A stretch of DNA of 64,000 nt from Ranitomeya imitator (lineage: Eukaryota). Of the stretch, positions 1-10,930 are shown piece after piece (the stretch's first letter is position 1; every line of letters begins with the position of its first letter). The DNA is taken from NCBI RefSeq assembly GCF_032444005.1, contig NC_091289.1, forward strand, positions 5,208,001 through 5,272,000, written 5' to 3'. The notes below the pieces were generated by a model. That model had not been told where the DNA came from, ran no database searches, and saw only the letters and a list, made by a program, of their open reading frames with translations. The position numbers were made by a program, and so were the translations under genes.

Positions 1-677
1 AAAAAAAAAAAAAAACGAGCCAAAAAACAACGCTTTATTATCATAACGCTGAACAAAAAGTGGAATAACACGCGATCAAAAAGACGGATATAAATAACCA
101 TGGTACCTCTGAAAACGTCATCTTGTCCCGCAAAAAACGAGCCGCCATATAGCATCATAACCAAAAAAATAAAAAAGTTATAGTCCTGAGAATAAAGCGA
201 TGCCAAAATAATTATTTTTTCTATAAAATAGCTTTTATCGTATAAAAGCGCCAAAACATAAAAAAAATGATATAAATGAGGTATCGCTGTAATCGTACTG
301 ACCCGAAGAATAAAACTGCTTCATCAATTTTACCAAACGCGGAACGGTATAAACGCCTCCCCCAAAAGAAATTCATGAATAGCTGGTTTTTGGTCATTCT
401 GCCTCACAAAAAATCGGAATAAAAAGCGATCAAAAACTGTCACATGTCCGAAAATGTAACCGATAAAAACGTCAACTCGTCCCGCAAAAAACAAGACCTC
501 ACATGACTCTGTGGACCAAAATATGGAAAAATTATAGGTCTCAAAATGTGGAGACGCAAAAACTTTTTTGCTATAAAAAGCGTCTTTTAGTGTGTGACGG
601 CTGCCAATCATAAAAATCCGATATAAAAAACTCGCTATAAAAGTAAATCAAACCCCCCTTCATCACCCCCTTAGTTA

Positions 678-1033
678 GGCTAGGTTCACATTGCGTTAAT
701 GGGTTAACGCTAACGGACAGCGTTGCACGGCGAAAATGTCACAATTAACGCCGTGCAACGGGTCCGTTAGCACAACCATTGACAGCAATGTGATTTTCGG
801 GTGTAGCGCATCGCTAGAGCGTGCCATTTTCGGCTCGCGCTAGCAAGGTGCCGTTCTTTTGTGGCGCGCCTCAGACGCTGCTTGCAGCGTCCGCGGCGCG
901 CCCGAGGTCCGATCCCCGATCTTCCAGAGCGGGGACGTTAACGCGACCACTAAACACGACACCTAAAAAGACATTGCGTTAGCGCAATCCGCTAGTGCTA
1001 AACGGATTTCCCTAATGCAATGTGAACCTAGCC
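678..1033. mobile_element. PIF/Harbinger-type MITE nested in the piggyBac-like element
   Basis: 21-bp TIRs GGCTAGGTTCACATTGCGTTA / TAATGCAATGTGAACCTAGCC (20/21 match) flanked by 3-bp TTA duplication (675-677, 1034-1036); non-coding, 356 bp. Confidence 0.85.
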
Positions 1034-1084
1034 TTAGGGAAAAATAATAAAATTAAAAAAAATGTATTTATTTCCATTTTCCCA

Positions 1085-1240
1085 TTAGGGTTAGGGTTAG
1101 GGCTAGGGTTAGGGTTAGGGTTTGTATTACATTTACTGTTGGGATTAGGGTTGGGATTAGAATTAGGGGTGTGTCAGGGTTAGGTGTGTGGTTAGGGTTA
1201 CAGTTGGGATTAGGGTTAGGGGTGCGTTTGGATTAGGGTT
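1085..1240 (+). repeat. Interstitial telomere-like (TTAGGG)n, degenerating rightwards
   Basis: Six near-perfect hexamers at 1085-1120 (one CTAGGG), then scattered TTAGGG/ATTAGGG to ~1240. Confidence 0.85.
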
Positions 1241-1249
1241 TCAGTTATA

Positions 1250-3600
1250 ATTGGGGGTTTCCACTGTTTAGACACATCAGGGGCTCTCCAAACGCGACAT
1301 GGCGTCCGATCTCAATTCCAGCCAATTCTGCATTGAAAAAGTAAAACAGTGCTCCTTCACTTCCGAGCTCTCCCGTGCGCCCAAACAGGGGTTTACCCCA
1401 ACATATGGGGTATCATCGTACTCGAGACAAATTGGACAACAACTTTTTGGGTCCAAGTTCTCTTGTTATCCTTGGGAAAATAAAAATTTGGGGGGCTAAA
1501 AATCATTTTTGTGGGAAAAAAAAGGATTTTTTATTTTCACGGCTCTGCGTTGTAAACTGTAGTGAAACACTTGGGGGTTCAAAGTTTTCACAACACATCT
1601 AGATAAGTTCCATGGGAGGTCTAGTCTCAATATGGGGTCACTTGTGGGTGGTTTCTACTGTTTGGGTACATCAGGGGCTCTGCAAATGCAACGTGACGCC
1701 TGCAGACCAATCCATCTAAGTCTGCATTCCAAATGGCGCTCCTTCCCTTCCGAGCTCTGCCATGCGCCCAAACAGTGGTTCCCCCCCACATACGGGGTAT
1801 CAGCGTACTCAGGACAAATTGAACAACAACTTTTGGGGTCCAATTTATTCTGTTACCCTTGTAAAAATACAAAGCTGGGGGCTAAAAAATCATTTTTGTG
1901 AAAAAAAAAAAGAATTTTTATTTTCACGGCTCTGCGTTGTAAACTGTAGTGAAACACTTAGGGGTTCAAAGTTCTCACAACACATCTAGATAAGTTCCTT
2001 GGGAGGTCTAGTTTCTAATATGGGGTCACTTGTGGGGGGTTTGTACTGTTTGGGTACATCAGGGGCTCTGCAAATGCAACGTGACTCCTGCAGACCAATC
2101 CATCTAAGTCTGCATTCCAAATGGCGCTCCTTCCCTTCCGAGCTCTGCCATGCGCCCAAACAGTGGTTCCCCCCCACATATGGGGTATCAGCGTACTCAG
2201 GACAAATTGGACAACAACTTTTGGGGTCCAATTTATTATGTTACCCTTGTGAAAATACAAAACTGGGGGCTAAAAAATAATTTTTGCGAAAAAAAAAAAA
2301 AAATTATTTTAACGGCTCTGCGTTATAAACTGTAGTGAAACATTTGGGGGTTCAAAGCTCTCAAAACACATCTAGATAAGTTCCTTATGGGGTCTAGTTT
2401 CCAAAATGGTGTCACTTGTGGGGGGTTTTAATGTTTAGGCACATCAGGGGCTCTCCAAACCAACATGGCGTCCCAACTTAATTCCAGTCAATTTTGCATT
2501 GAAAAGTCAAATGGCGCTCCTTCCCTTCCGAGCTCTGCTATGCACCCAAAAAGTGGTTTACCCCCACATATGGGGTATCGTCGCACTCAGGACAAATTGC
2601 ACAACAACTTTTGTGGTCTAATTTCTTCTCTTACCCTTGGGAAAATAAAAAATTGGGGGCGAAAAGATCTTTTTTGTGAAAAAATAAGATTTTTTATTTT
2701 TACGGCTCTGCATTATAAACTTCTGTGAAGCACTTGTTGGGTCAAAGTGCTCACCACACATCTAGATAAGTTCCTTAAGGGGTCTACTTTTCAAAATGGT
2801 GTCACTTGTGAGGGGTTCCAATGTTTAGGCACATCAGGGGCTCTCCAAACGCAACATGGCGTCCCATCTCAATTCCAGTCAATTTTGCATTGAAAAGTCA
2901 AATGGCGCTCCTTCCCTTCCGAGCTCTGCCATACGCCCAAACAATGGTTTACACCCATATATGGGGTATCAGCGTACTCAGGACAAATTGGCCAACAATT
3001 TTTGAGGTCCAATTTCTTCTCTTACTCTTGGGAAAATAAAAAATTGGGGGCGAAAAGATCATTTTTGTGAAAAAATATGATTTTTTATTTTTACGGCTCT
3101 GCATTATAAACTTCTGTGAAGCAATTGGTGGGTCAAAGTGGTCACCACACATCTAGATAAGTTCCTTAGGGTGTCTACTTTCCAAAATGGTGTCACTTGT
3201 GGGGGGGTTTCAATGTTTAGGCACATCAGTGGCTCTCCAAACGCAACATGGTGTCCCATCTTAATTCCTGTCAATTTTGCATTTAAAAGTCAAATGGCGC
3301 TCCTTCCCTTCCGAGCTCTGCCATGCGCCCAAACAGTGGTTTACTCCCACATATGGGCTATCAGCGTACTCAGTACAGATTGTACAACAATGTTTGGCAT
3401 CCATTTTATCCTGTTACCCTTGGTAAAATAAAACAAATTGGAGCTGAAATAAATTTTGTGTGAAAAAAAGTTAAATATTCATTCTTATTTAAACATTCAA
3501 AAAATTCCTGTGAAACCCCTGAAGGGTTAATAAACTTCTTGAATGTGGTTTTGAGCACCTTGAGGGGTGCAGTTTTTAGAATGGTCTCACACTTGGGTAT
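1250..3600. repeat. ~386-391 bp tandem repeat (~6 units) inside the transposon
   Basis: Marker CACATCTAGATAAGTTCC at 1594, 1981, 2367, 2757, 3148. Confidence 0.85.
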
Positions 3601-4075
3601 TTTCTATCATATAGACCCCTCAAAATGACATCAAATGAGATGTGGTCCCTAAAAAAAAATGGTGTTGTAAAAATGAGAAATTGCTGGTCAACTTTTAACC
3701 CTTATAACTCCCTAACAAAAAAAAATTTTGGTTCCAAAATTGTGCTGATGTAAAGTAGACATGTGGGAAATGTTACTTATTAAGTATTTTGCGTGAGATA
3801 TCTCTGTGATTTAAGGGCATAAAAATTTAAAGTTGGAAAATTGCGAAACTTTCTAAATTTTCGCCAAATTTCCGTTTTTTTCACAAATAAACGCAAGTTA
3901 TATCGAATAAATGTTACTACTAAAATGAAGTACAATATGTCATGAGAAAACAATGTCAGAATCGCCAAGATCCGTTGAAGCGTTCCAGAGTTATAACCTC
4001 ATAAAGGGACAGTGGTCAGAATTGTAAAAATTGGCCCGGTCATTAACGTGCAAACCACCCTCGGGGCTTAAGGGG

Positions 4076-6184
4076 TTAAGAACATCCTAAATAGGCAGTG
4101 TAAGCGGTTTATACCTTGTGGGAATAAAAGGACTAGAAATAGGAAAAACCCAATGTGGCTAAACAAAGAAGTAAGACAGGCAATTAACAGTAAAAAGAAA
4201 GCATTTGCACTACTAAAGCAGGATGGCACCATTGAAGCTCTAAAAAACTATAGGGAGAAAAATACTTTATCTAAAAAACTAATTAAAGCTGCCAAAAAGG
4301 AAACAGAGAAGCACATTGCTAAGGAGAGTAAAACTAATCCCAAACTGTTCTTCAACTATATCAATAGTAAAAGAATAAAAACTGAAAATGTAGGCCCCTT
4401 AAAAAATAGTGAGGAAAGAATGGTTGTAGATGACGAGGAAAAAGCTAACATATTAAACACCTTCTTCTCCACGGTATTCACGGTGGAAAATGAAATGCTA
4501 GGTGAAATCCCAAGAAACAATGAAAACCCTATATTAAGGGTCACCAATCTAACCCAAGAAGAGGTGCGAAACCGGCTAAATAAGATTAAAATAGATAAAT
4601 CTCCGGGTCCGGATGGCATACACCCACGAGTACTAAGAGAACTAAGTAATGTAATAGATAAACCATTATTTCTTATTTTTAGGGACTCTATAGCGACAGG
4701 GTCTGTTCCGCAGGACTGGCGCATAGCAAATGTGGTGCCAATATTCAAAAAGGGCTCTAAAAGTGAACCTGGAAATTATAGGCCAGTAAGTCTAACCTCT
4801 ATTGTTGGTAAAATATTTGAAGGGTTTCTGAGGGATGTTATTCTGGATTATCTCAATGAGAATAACTGTTTAACTCCATATCAGCATGGGTTTATGAGAA
4901 ATCGCTCCTGTCAAACCAATCTAATCAGTTTTTATGAAGAGGTAAGCTATAGGCTGGACCACGGTGAGTCATTGGACGTGGTATATCTCGATTTTTCCAA
5001 AGCGTTTGATACCGTGCCGCACAAGAGGTTGGTACACAAAATGAGAATGCTTGGTCTGGGGGAAAATGTGTGTAAATGGGTTAGTAACTGGCTTAGTGAT
5101 AGAAAGCAGAGGGTGGTTATAAATGGTATAGTCTCTAACTGGGTCGCTGTGACCAGTGGGGTACCGCAGGGGTCAGTATTGGGACCTGTTCTCTTCAACA
5201 TATTCATTAATGATCTGGTAGAAGGTTTACACAGTAAAATATCGATATTTGCAGATGATACAAAACTATGTAAAGCAGTTAATACAAGAGAAGATAGTAT
5301 TCTGCTACAGATGGATCTGGATAAGTTGGAAACTTGGGCTGAAAGGTGGCAGATGAGGTTTAACAATGATAAATGTAAGGTTATACACATGGGAAGAGGG
5401 AATCAATGTCACCATTACACACTGAACGGGAAACCACTGGGTAAATCTGACAGGGAGAAGGACTTGGGGATCCTAGTTAATGATAAACTTACCTGGAGCA
5501 GCCAGTGCCAGGCAGCAGCTGCCAAGGCAAACAGGATCATGGGGTGCATTAAAAGAGGTCTGGATACACATGATGAGATCATTATACTGCCTCTGTACAA
5601 ATCCCTAGTTAGACCGCACATGGAGTACTGTGTCCAGTTTTGGGCACCGGTGCTCAGGAAGGATATAATGGAACTAGAGAGAGTACAAAGGAGGGCAACA
5701 AAATTAATAAAGGGGATGGGAGAACTACAATACCCAGATAGATTAGCGAAATTAGGATTATTTAGTCTAGAAAAAAGACGACTGAGGGGCGATCTAATAA
5801 CCATGTATAAGTATATAAGGGGACAATACAAATATCTCGCTGAGGATCTGTTTATACCAAGGAAGGTGACGGGCACAAGGGGGCATTCTTTGCGTCTGGA
5901 GGAGAGAAGGTTTTTCCACCAACATAGAAGAGGATTCTTTACTGTTAGGGCAGTGAGAATCTGGAATTGCTTGCCTGAGGAGGTGGTGATGGCGAACTCA
6001 GTCGAGGGGTTCAAGAGAGGCCTGGATGTCTTCCTGGAGCAGAACAATATTGTATCATACAATTATTAGGTTCTGTAGAAGGACGTAGATCTGGGGATTT
6101 ATTATGATGGAATATAGGCTGAACTGGATGGACAAATGGCTTTTTTCGGCCTTACTAACTATGTTACTATGTTACTATGTTACT
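4076..6184 (+). mobile_element. CR1 LINE, 3' ~2.1 kb (RT half of ORF2, 3'UTR, (TTACTATG)n tail)
   Basis: Colinear with 11927-14023 at constant offset 7851 through the ORF; RT motifs YLDF, QGSVLGP, FADD; octamer tandem tail. Confidence 0.95.
4153..6069 (+). pseudogene. CR1 ORF2 fragment (reverse transcriptase, no endonuclease domain in window)
   Basis: 638-aa ORF matching residues ~288-925 of the 11143-13920 ORF except 5 substitutions; sequence upstream of 4076 is non-CR1. Confidence 0.85.
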
Positions 6185-6663
6185 CCTCCCTGCAGAACAT
6201 CACCCCTCCCTGCAGAACATCGCCCTCCTCCCTGCAGAACATCACTCCTCCCTGCAGATCACCCCCTCCCTGCAGAGCATCGCCCCTCCCTGCAGAACAT
6301 CGCCCCCCTCCCTGCAGAACATCCCCCCTTTCTGCAGAACATCGCCCTCCTCCCTGCAGAACATCGCCCCCTCCTCGCAGAACATCACTCCTCCCTGCAG
6401 AACATCGCCCCCCTCCCTGCAGAACATCCCCCCTCCCTGCAGAACATCGCCCTCCTCCCTGCAGAACATCCCTCCTCCCTGCAGAACATCGCCCCCTCCC
6501 TGCAGAACATCGCCCCCTCCCTGCAGAACATCCCCCCTCCCTGCAGAACATCGCCCTCCTCCCTGCAGAACATCCCCCCTCCCTGCAGAACATCGCCCCT
6601 CCCTGCAGCACATCCCCCCTCCCTGCAGAACATCGCCCCCTCCCTGCAGCACATCCCCCCTCC
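6185..6663. repeat. 21-24 bp minisatellite (CCCTCCCTGCAGAACATCGCC)
   Basis: Direct tandem units starting immediately after the CR1 tail. Confidence 0.95.
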
Positions 6664-6811
6664 ATCTTTTTTGCTGCAGACTATCCCACCCTGGCTCAGC
6701 AGCCTGTCTCTGCCCTGCAGACCGTTGCACCCTGTGATTACAGCCCCTTTGGCTGCAGATCGTTGCTCCGCGCTCGGCTCCTGTCTCTGCAGGACAGCGG
6801 GGGCCCCACAG

Positions 6812-7167
6812 CCAGCCGAGGAACTACAAGTCCCAGCGATCTCCGGAGGGCTGAACTGGGACTTGTAGTTCCTCGGCTGGGAACTGGGACTTAGGACTCT
6901 GCTGTGTCGCAGCTGCGGGTCCGGTACAGATTCATATAAAGAGCAGACAGAACCGGCGCAGAAATCACAGTACCTGCTCCGCCGTCTCCAGGCAACAGGA
7001 CGCCGCGTATCCAGGGAGATACCAAGTCATCCGCAGGGAGGACGGCCGGACACGCCCCCAAAGTCTGAATATTAGCAAATTTAGAAGATGCGGCCTCTAG
7101 CGGACATTACACAGAATGCAACGAAACCAGTGTGCAATGACCGGGAGACAGCGGCGCCTAGTGGCCA
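6812..7167. promoter_or_regulatory. CpG-rich motif cluster: inverted ZNF143/THAP11-type ACTACAAGTCCCAG pair, RFX X-box-like GTCTCCAGGCAAC, two CTCF-like sites
   Basis: Perfect 25-bp inverted repeat 6812-6836/6856-6880; X-box-like 6984-6996; CTCF-like 7089-7106 and 7150-7167. Motif matches only. Confidence 0.4.
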
Positions 7168-7189
7168 CTAATGTGAGCGCCCCGCACTA

Positions 7190-10100
7190 CACGGGAGACA
7201 GCGCCCCCTGTGGTCACAGAGAAGAACGTCCCCAATACCCGGGAGACAGCGCCCCCTGTGGCCACAGAGAAGAACGCCCCCACTACCCGGGAGACAGCGC
7301 CCCCTGTGGTCACAGAGAAGAACGTCCCCACTACCCGGGAGACAGCGCCCCCTGTGGCCACAGAGAAGAACGCCCCACTACCCGGGAGACAGCGCCCCCT
7401 GTGGTCACAGAGAAGAACGTCCCCACTACCCGGGAGACAGCGCCCCCTGTGGTCACAGAGAAGAACGCCCCCACTACCCGGGAGACAGCGCCCCCTGTGG
7501 TCACAGAGAAGAACGCCCCCACTACCCGGGAGACAGCGCCCCCTGTGGTCACAGAGAAGAACGCCCCCACTACCCGGGAGACAGCGCCCCCTGTGGTCAC
7601 AGAGAAGAACGCCCCCACTACCTGGGAGACAGCGCCCCCTGTGGCCACAGAGAAGAACGTCCCCACTACCCGGGAGACAGCGCCCCCTGTGGTCACAGAG
7701 AAGAACGCCCCCACTACCCGGGAGACAGCGCCCCCTGTAGTCACAGAGAAGAACGCCCCCACTACCAGGGAGACAGCGCCCCCTGTGGTCACAGAGAAGA
7801 ACGCCCCCACTACCCGGGAGACAGCGCCCCCTGTGGCCACAGAGAAGAACGCCCCCACTACCAGGGAGACAGCGCCTCCTGTGGTCACAGAGAAGAACGT
7901 CCCCACTACCCGGGAGACAGCGCCCCCTGTGGTCACAGAGAAGAACGTCCCCACTACCCGGGAGACAGCGCCCCCTGTGGTCACAGAGAAGAACGTCCCC
8001 ACTACCCGGGAGACAGCGCCCCCTGTGGTCACAGAGAGGAACGTCCCCACTACCCGGGAGACAGCGCCCCCTGTGGTCACAGAGAAGAACGTCCCCACTA
8101 CCCGGGAGACAGCGCCCCCTGTGGTCACAGAGAAGAACGCCCCCACTACCCGGGAGACAGCGCCCCCTGTGGTCACAGAGAAGAACGTCCCCACTACCCG
8201 GGACACAGCGCCCCCTGTGGTCACAGAGAAGAACGTCCCCACTACCCGGGAGACAGCGCCCCCTGTGGTCACAGAGAAGAACGCCCCCACTACCCGGGAG
8301 ACAGCGCCCCCTGTGGTCACAGAGAAGAACGTCCCCAATACCCGGGAGACAGCGCCTCCTGTGGTCACAGAGAAGAACGCCCCCACTACCCGGGAGACAG
8401 CGCCCCCTGTGGTCACAGAGAAGAACGTCCCCACTACCCGGGAGACAGCGCCCCCTGTGGTCACAGAGAAGAACGTCCCCAATACCCGGGAGACAGCGCC
8501 CCCTGTGGTCACAGAGAAGAACGTCCCCAATACCCGGGAGACAGCGCCCCCTGTGGTCACAGAGAAGAACGCCCCCACTACCCGGGAGACAGCGCCCCCT
8601 GTGGTCACAGAGAAGAACGTCCCCACTACCCGGGAGACAGCGCCCCCTGTGGTCACAGAGAAGAACGTCCCCACTACCCGGGAGACAGCGCCCCCTGTGG
8701 TCACAGAGAAGAACGCCCCCACTACCTGGGAGACAGCGCCCCCTGTGGTCACAGAGAAGAACGCCCCCACTACCCGGGAGACAGCGCCCCCTGTGGTCAC
8801 AGAGAAGAACGCCCCCACTACCCGGGAGACAGCGCCCCCTGTGGTCACAGAGAAGAACGTCCCCACTACCCGGGAGACAGCGCCCCCTGTGGTCACAGAG
8901 AACGCCCCCACTACCCGGGAGACAGCGCCCCCTGTGGCCACAGAGAAGAACGTCCCCACTACCCGGGAGACAGCGCCCCCTGTGGTCACAGAGAAGAACG
9001 CCCCCACTACCCGGGAGACAGCGCCCCCTGTGGTCACAGAGAAGAACGCCCCCACTACCCGGGAGACAGCGCCCCCTGTGGCCACAGAGAAGAACGTCCC
9101 CACTACCCGGGAGACAGCGCCCCCTGTGGTCACAGAGAAGAACGCCCCCACTACCCGGGAGACAGCGCCCCCTGTGGTCACAGAGAAGAACGTCCCCACT
9201 ACCCGGGAGACAGCGCCCCCTGTGGTCACAGAGAGGAACGTCCCCACTACCCGGGAGACAGCGCCCCCTGTGGTCACAGAGAAGAACGCCCCCACTACCC
9301 GGGAGACAGCGCCCCCTGTAGTCACAGAGAAGAACGCCCCCACTACCCGGGAGACAGCGCCCCCTGTGGTCACAGAGAAGAACGTCCCCACTACCCGGGA
9401 GACAGCGCCCCCTGTGGCCACAGAGAAGAACGTCCCCACTACCCGGGAGACAGCGCCCCCTGTGGTCACAGAGAAGAACGTCCCCACTACCCGGGAGACA
9501 GCGCCCCCTGTGGTCACAGAGAAGAACGTCCCCACTACCCGGGAGACAGCTCCCCCTGTGGTCACAGAGAAGAACGCCCCCACTACCCGGGAGACAGCGC
9601 CCCCTGTGGTCACAGAGAAGAACGCCCCCACTACCCGGGAGACAGCGCCCCCTGTGGTCACAGAGAAGAACGTCCCCAATACCCGGGAGACAGCGCCCCC
9701 TGTGGTCACAGAGAAGAACGCCCCCACTACCCGGGAGACAGCGCCTCCTGTGGTCACAGAGAAGAACGTCCCCACTACCCGGGAGACAGCGCCCCCTGTG
9801 GCCACAGAGAAGAACGTCCCCACTACCCGGGAGACAGCGCCTCCTGTGGTCACAGAGAAGAACGTCCCCACTACCCGGGAGACAGCGCCCCCTGTGGCCA
9901 CAGAGAAGAACGTCCCCACTACCCGGGAGACAGCGCCCCCTGTGGTCACAGAGAAGAACGCCCCCACTACCCGGGAGACAGCGCCCCCTGTGGTCACAGA
10001 GAAGAACGCCCCCACTACCCGGGAGACAGCGCCCCCTGTGGTCACAGAGAAGAACGCCCCCACTACCCGGGAGACAGCGCCCCCTGTGGTCACAGAGAAG

Positions 10101-10575
10101 AACGCCCCCACTACCAGGGAGACAGCGCCCCCTGTGGTCACAGAGAAGAACGTCCCCACTACCCGGGAGACAGCGCCCCCTGTGGTCACAGAGAAGAACG
10201 TCCCCACTACCCGGGAGACAGCGCCCCCTGTGGTCACAGAGAAGAACGTCCCCACTACCCGGGAGACAGCGCCCCCTGTGGTCACAGAGAAGAACGCCCC
10301 CACTACCCGGGAGACAGCGCCCCCTGTGGTCACAGAGAAGAACGCCCCAACTACCCGGGAGACAGCGCCCCCTGTGGTCACAGAGAAGAACGCCCCCACT
10401 ACCCGGGAGACAGCGCCCCCTGTGGTCACAGAGAAGAACGTCCCCACTACCCGGGAGACAGCGCCCCCTGTGGTCACAGAGAAGAACGTCCCCACTACCC
10501 GGGAGACAGCGCCCCCTGTGGTCACAGAGAAGAACGCCCCCACTACCCGGGAGACAGCGCCCCCTGTGGCCACTG
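7190..10575. repeat. 48-bp tandem array (~70 copies; CCCGGGAGACAGCGCCCCCTGTGGTCACAGAGAAGAACGCCCCCACTA)
   Basis: Highly homogeneous units; a 47-bp unit near 7375 and a 45-bp unit near 8897; source of the >1000-aa ORFs on both strands. Confidence 0.97.
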
Positions 10576-10930
10576 AGCAGCACTGCAGATCGGTCTCTTC
10601 TTCCTCGCTGGTCGCAGCCTTATCACTGTTAATCCAGAACATAACCCTGTCGCTCCCACCTTTCGGCCTTCGTCTCGCTCTTCTCCTTCCTCCTCCTCTT
10701 TGTTTCCGTCCCGATTACAAACAATCGATGTTAATTATATAAAATTGAGAAATAATTTAATATTCCAGGAGGTAGAAGATGCCACCGGACCCCAATCCAC
10801 AGCCATGAGTCTCTTTTAAGAGACAGCAAGTTTGAAAAATAAGAAAAAGAAAAAAAAAAAAAAAGGAGCAGCGAGCGGCGCCGTCTGACAGAACCTGATA
10901 TCACAGATCGGATTTGGTCCCAGAAAATTA

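Larger units (their letters stand above)
1..4075. mobile_element. Non-autonomous piggyBac-like DNA transposon; right end in window, left end upstream of window
   Basis: Ends ...CGGGGCTTAAGGGG followed by TTAA (4076-4079); the reverse complement TTAA-CCCCTTAAG fits the piggyBac CCY terminus with TTAA target. No transposase ORF; AT-rich body with internal ~388-bp tandem units. Confidence 0.65.

Noticed and set aside
1085-1120. True chromosome end
   Set aside because: Only six hexamers, internal to a transposon and flanked by non-telomeric sequence on both sides.
7116-10742. 1208-aa mucin-like ORF (TTRETAPPVVTEKNVP)n and overlapping 1100+ aa antisense ORFs
   Set aside because: The 48-bp unit lacks stops in several frames on both strands; a 1-bp unit deletion near 7375 switches the repeat frame within the ORF; no signal peptide or splice context.
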